Virus record (IMG/VR): IMGVR_UViG_3300037418_002791
Coordinates: 1 to 64,000 of that record
DNA from: a virus
Lineage: Duplodnaviria > Caudoviricetes
Direction: 5' to 3' (one strand)
DNA length: 64,000 bases
In this document: piece after piece, positions 63,727 through 64,000 of the stretch
Layout: the number at the start of each line of letters is the position of its first letter
How positions within the stretch are numbered: position 1 is the first letter of the stretch
Program-made: the position numbers and the translations under genes
Notes under the pieces: generated by a model
The model's input: only the letters and a program-made list of their open reading frames with translations
The model's database searches: none
Told to the model about the DNA's origin: nothing

Positions 63727-63859
63727 ATACCTCGACAAGCTTTACGACATCTACGACCGCGAAGGCGATATCGATGTCTACGAGTACGACGATGCCGGCA
63801 ATCGCGAGCCGGAGATCGAGCTTATCCGCAGCGGACTGAAGAAGTGGCTACTGGTGTGA
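63713..63859 (+). CDS. hypothetical protein
   Basis: MQLSEYLDKL..GDIDV. Confidence 0.5.
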   Translation: MQLSEYLDKLYDIYDREGDIDVYEYDDAGNREPEIELIRSGLKKWLLV

Positions 63860-64000
63860 ACGACAAACTCGATTTCGTGGTGCGGGCCGCATTCCTGCCG
63901 TTCGACATCGGCGCCATGTTGGCGCTGACCATCACGGCGAAGATCATCAACAAGACAGTCTGGGGTAGGTAGAAGTGGGCGACATCGCCGATCAAGTCCG

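Overview
The whole window is a high-GC actinobacteriophage (siphovirus with an HK97-type head), probably infecting a mycolate-containing host such as Nocardia, Rhodococcus or Mycobacterium (host is inference). Layout: 0.4-27.3 kb rightward virion genes (terminases, portal, protease, capsid, neck, major tail, -1 frameshifted tail chaperone, 1991-aa tape measure, minor tails) with a GH25 endolysin/holin cassette and a tail-fibre-like gene; 27.4-31.3 kb a central mostly leftward regulatory region with two XRE-HTH genes but no integrase; 31.6-64 kb a rightward arm of many small genes, including WhiBs, a Cas4-like exonuclease, SSB, a beta clamp, a C5 DNA methyltransferase, an HNH nuclease, two nucleotidyltransferases, a metallophosphoesterase, a SPOUT RNA methyltransferase, a secreted cutinase-like protein, a primase-polymerase/helicase, a resolvase and MazG. 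The most unusual signals are: two intergenic tRNA-shaped RNAs with intact acceptor/D/T arms but no usable anticodon arm, each carrying a ~55-nt hairpin insert; two further structured non-coding regions; a duplicated origin-like element 33 kb apart; an overprinted ORF inside the methyltransferase; and a nucleotidyltransferase followed by three tandem paralogues. All family assignments are from motif recognition by eye; no database search was run.
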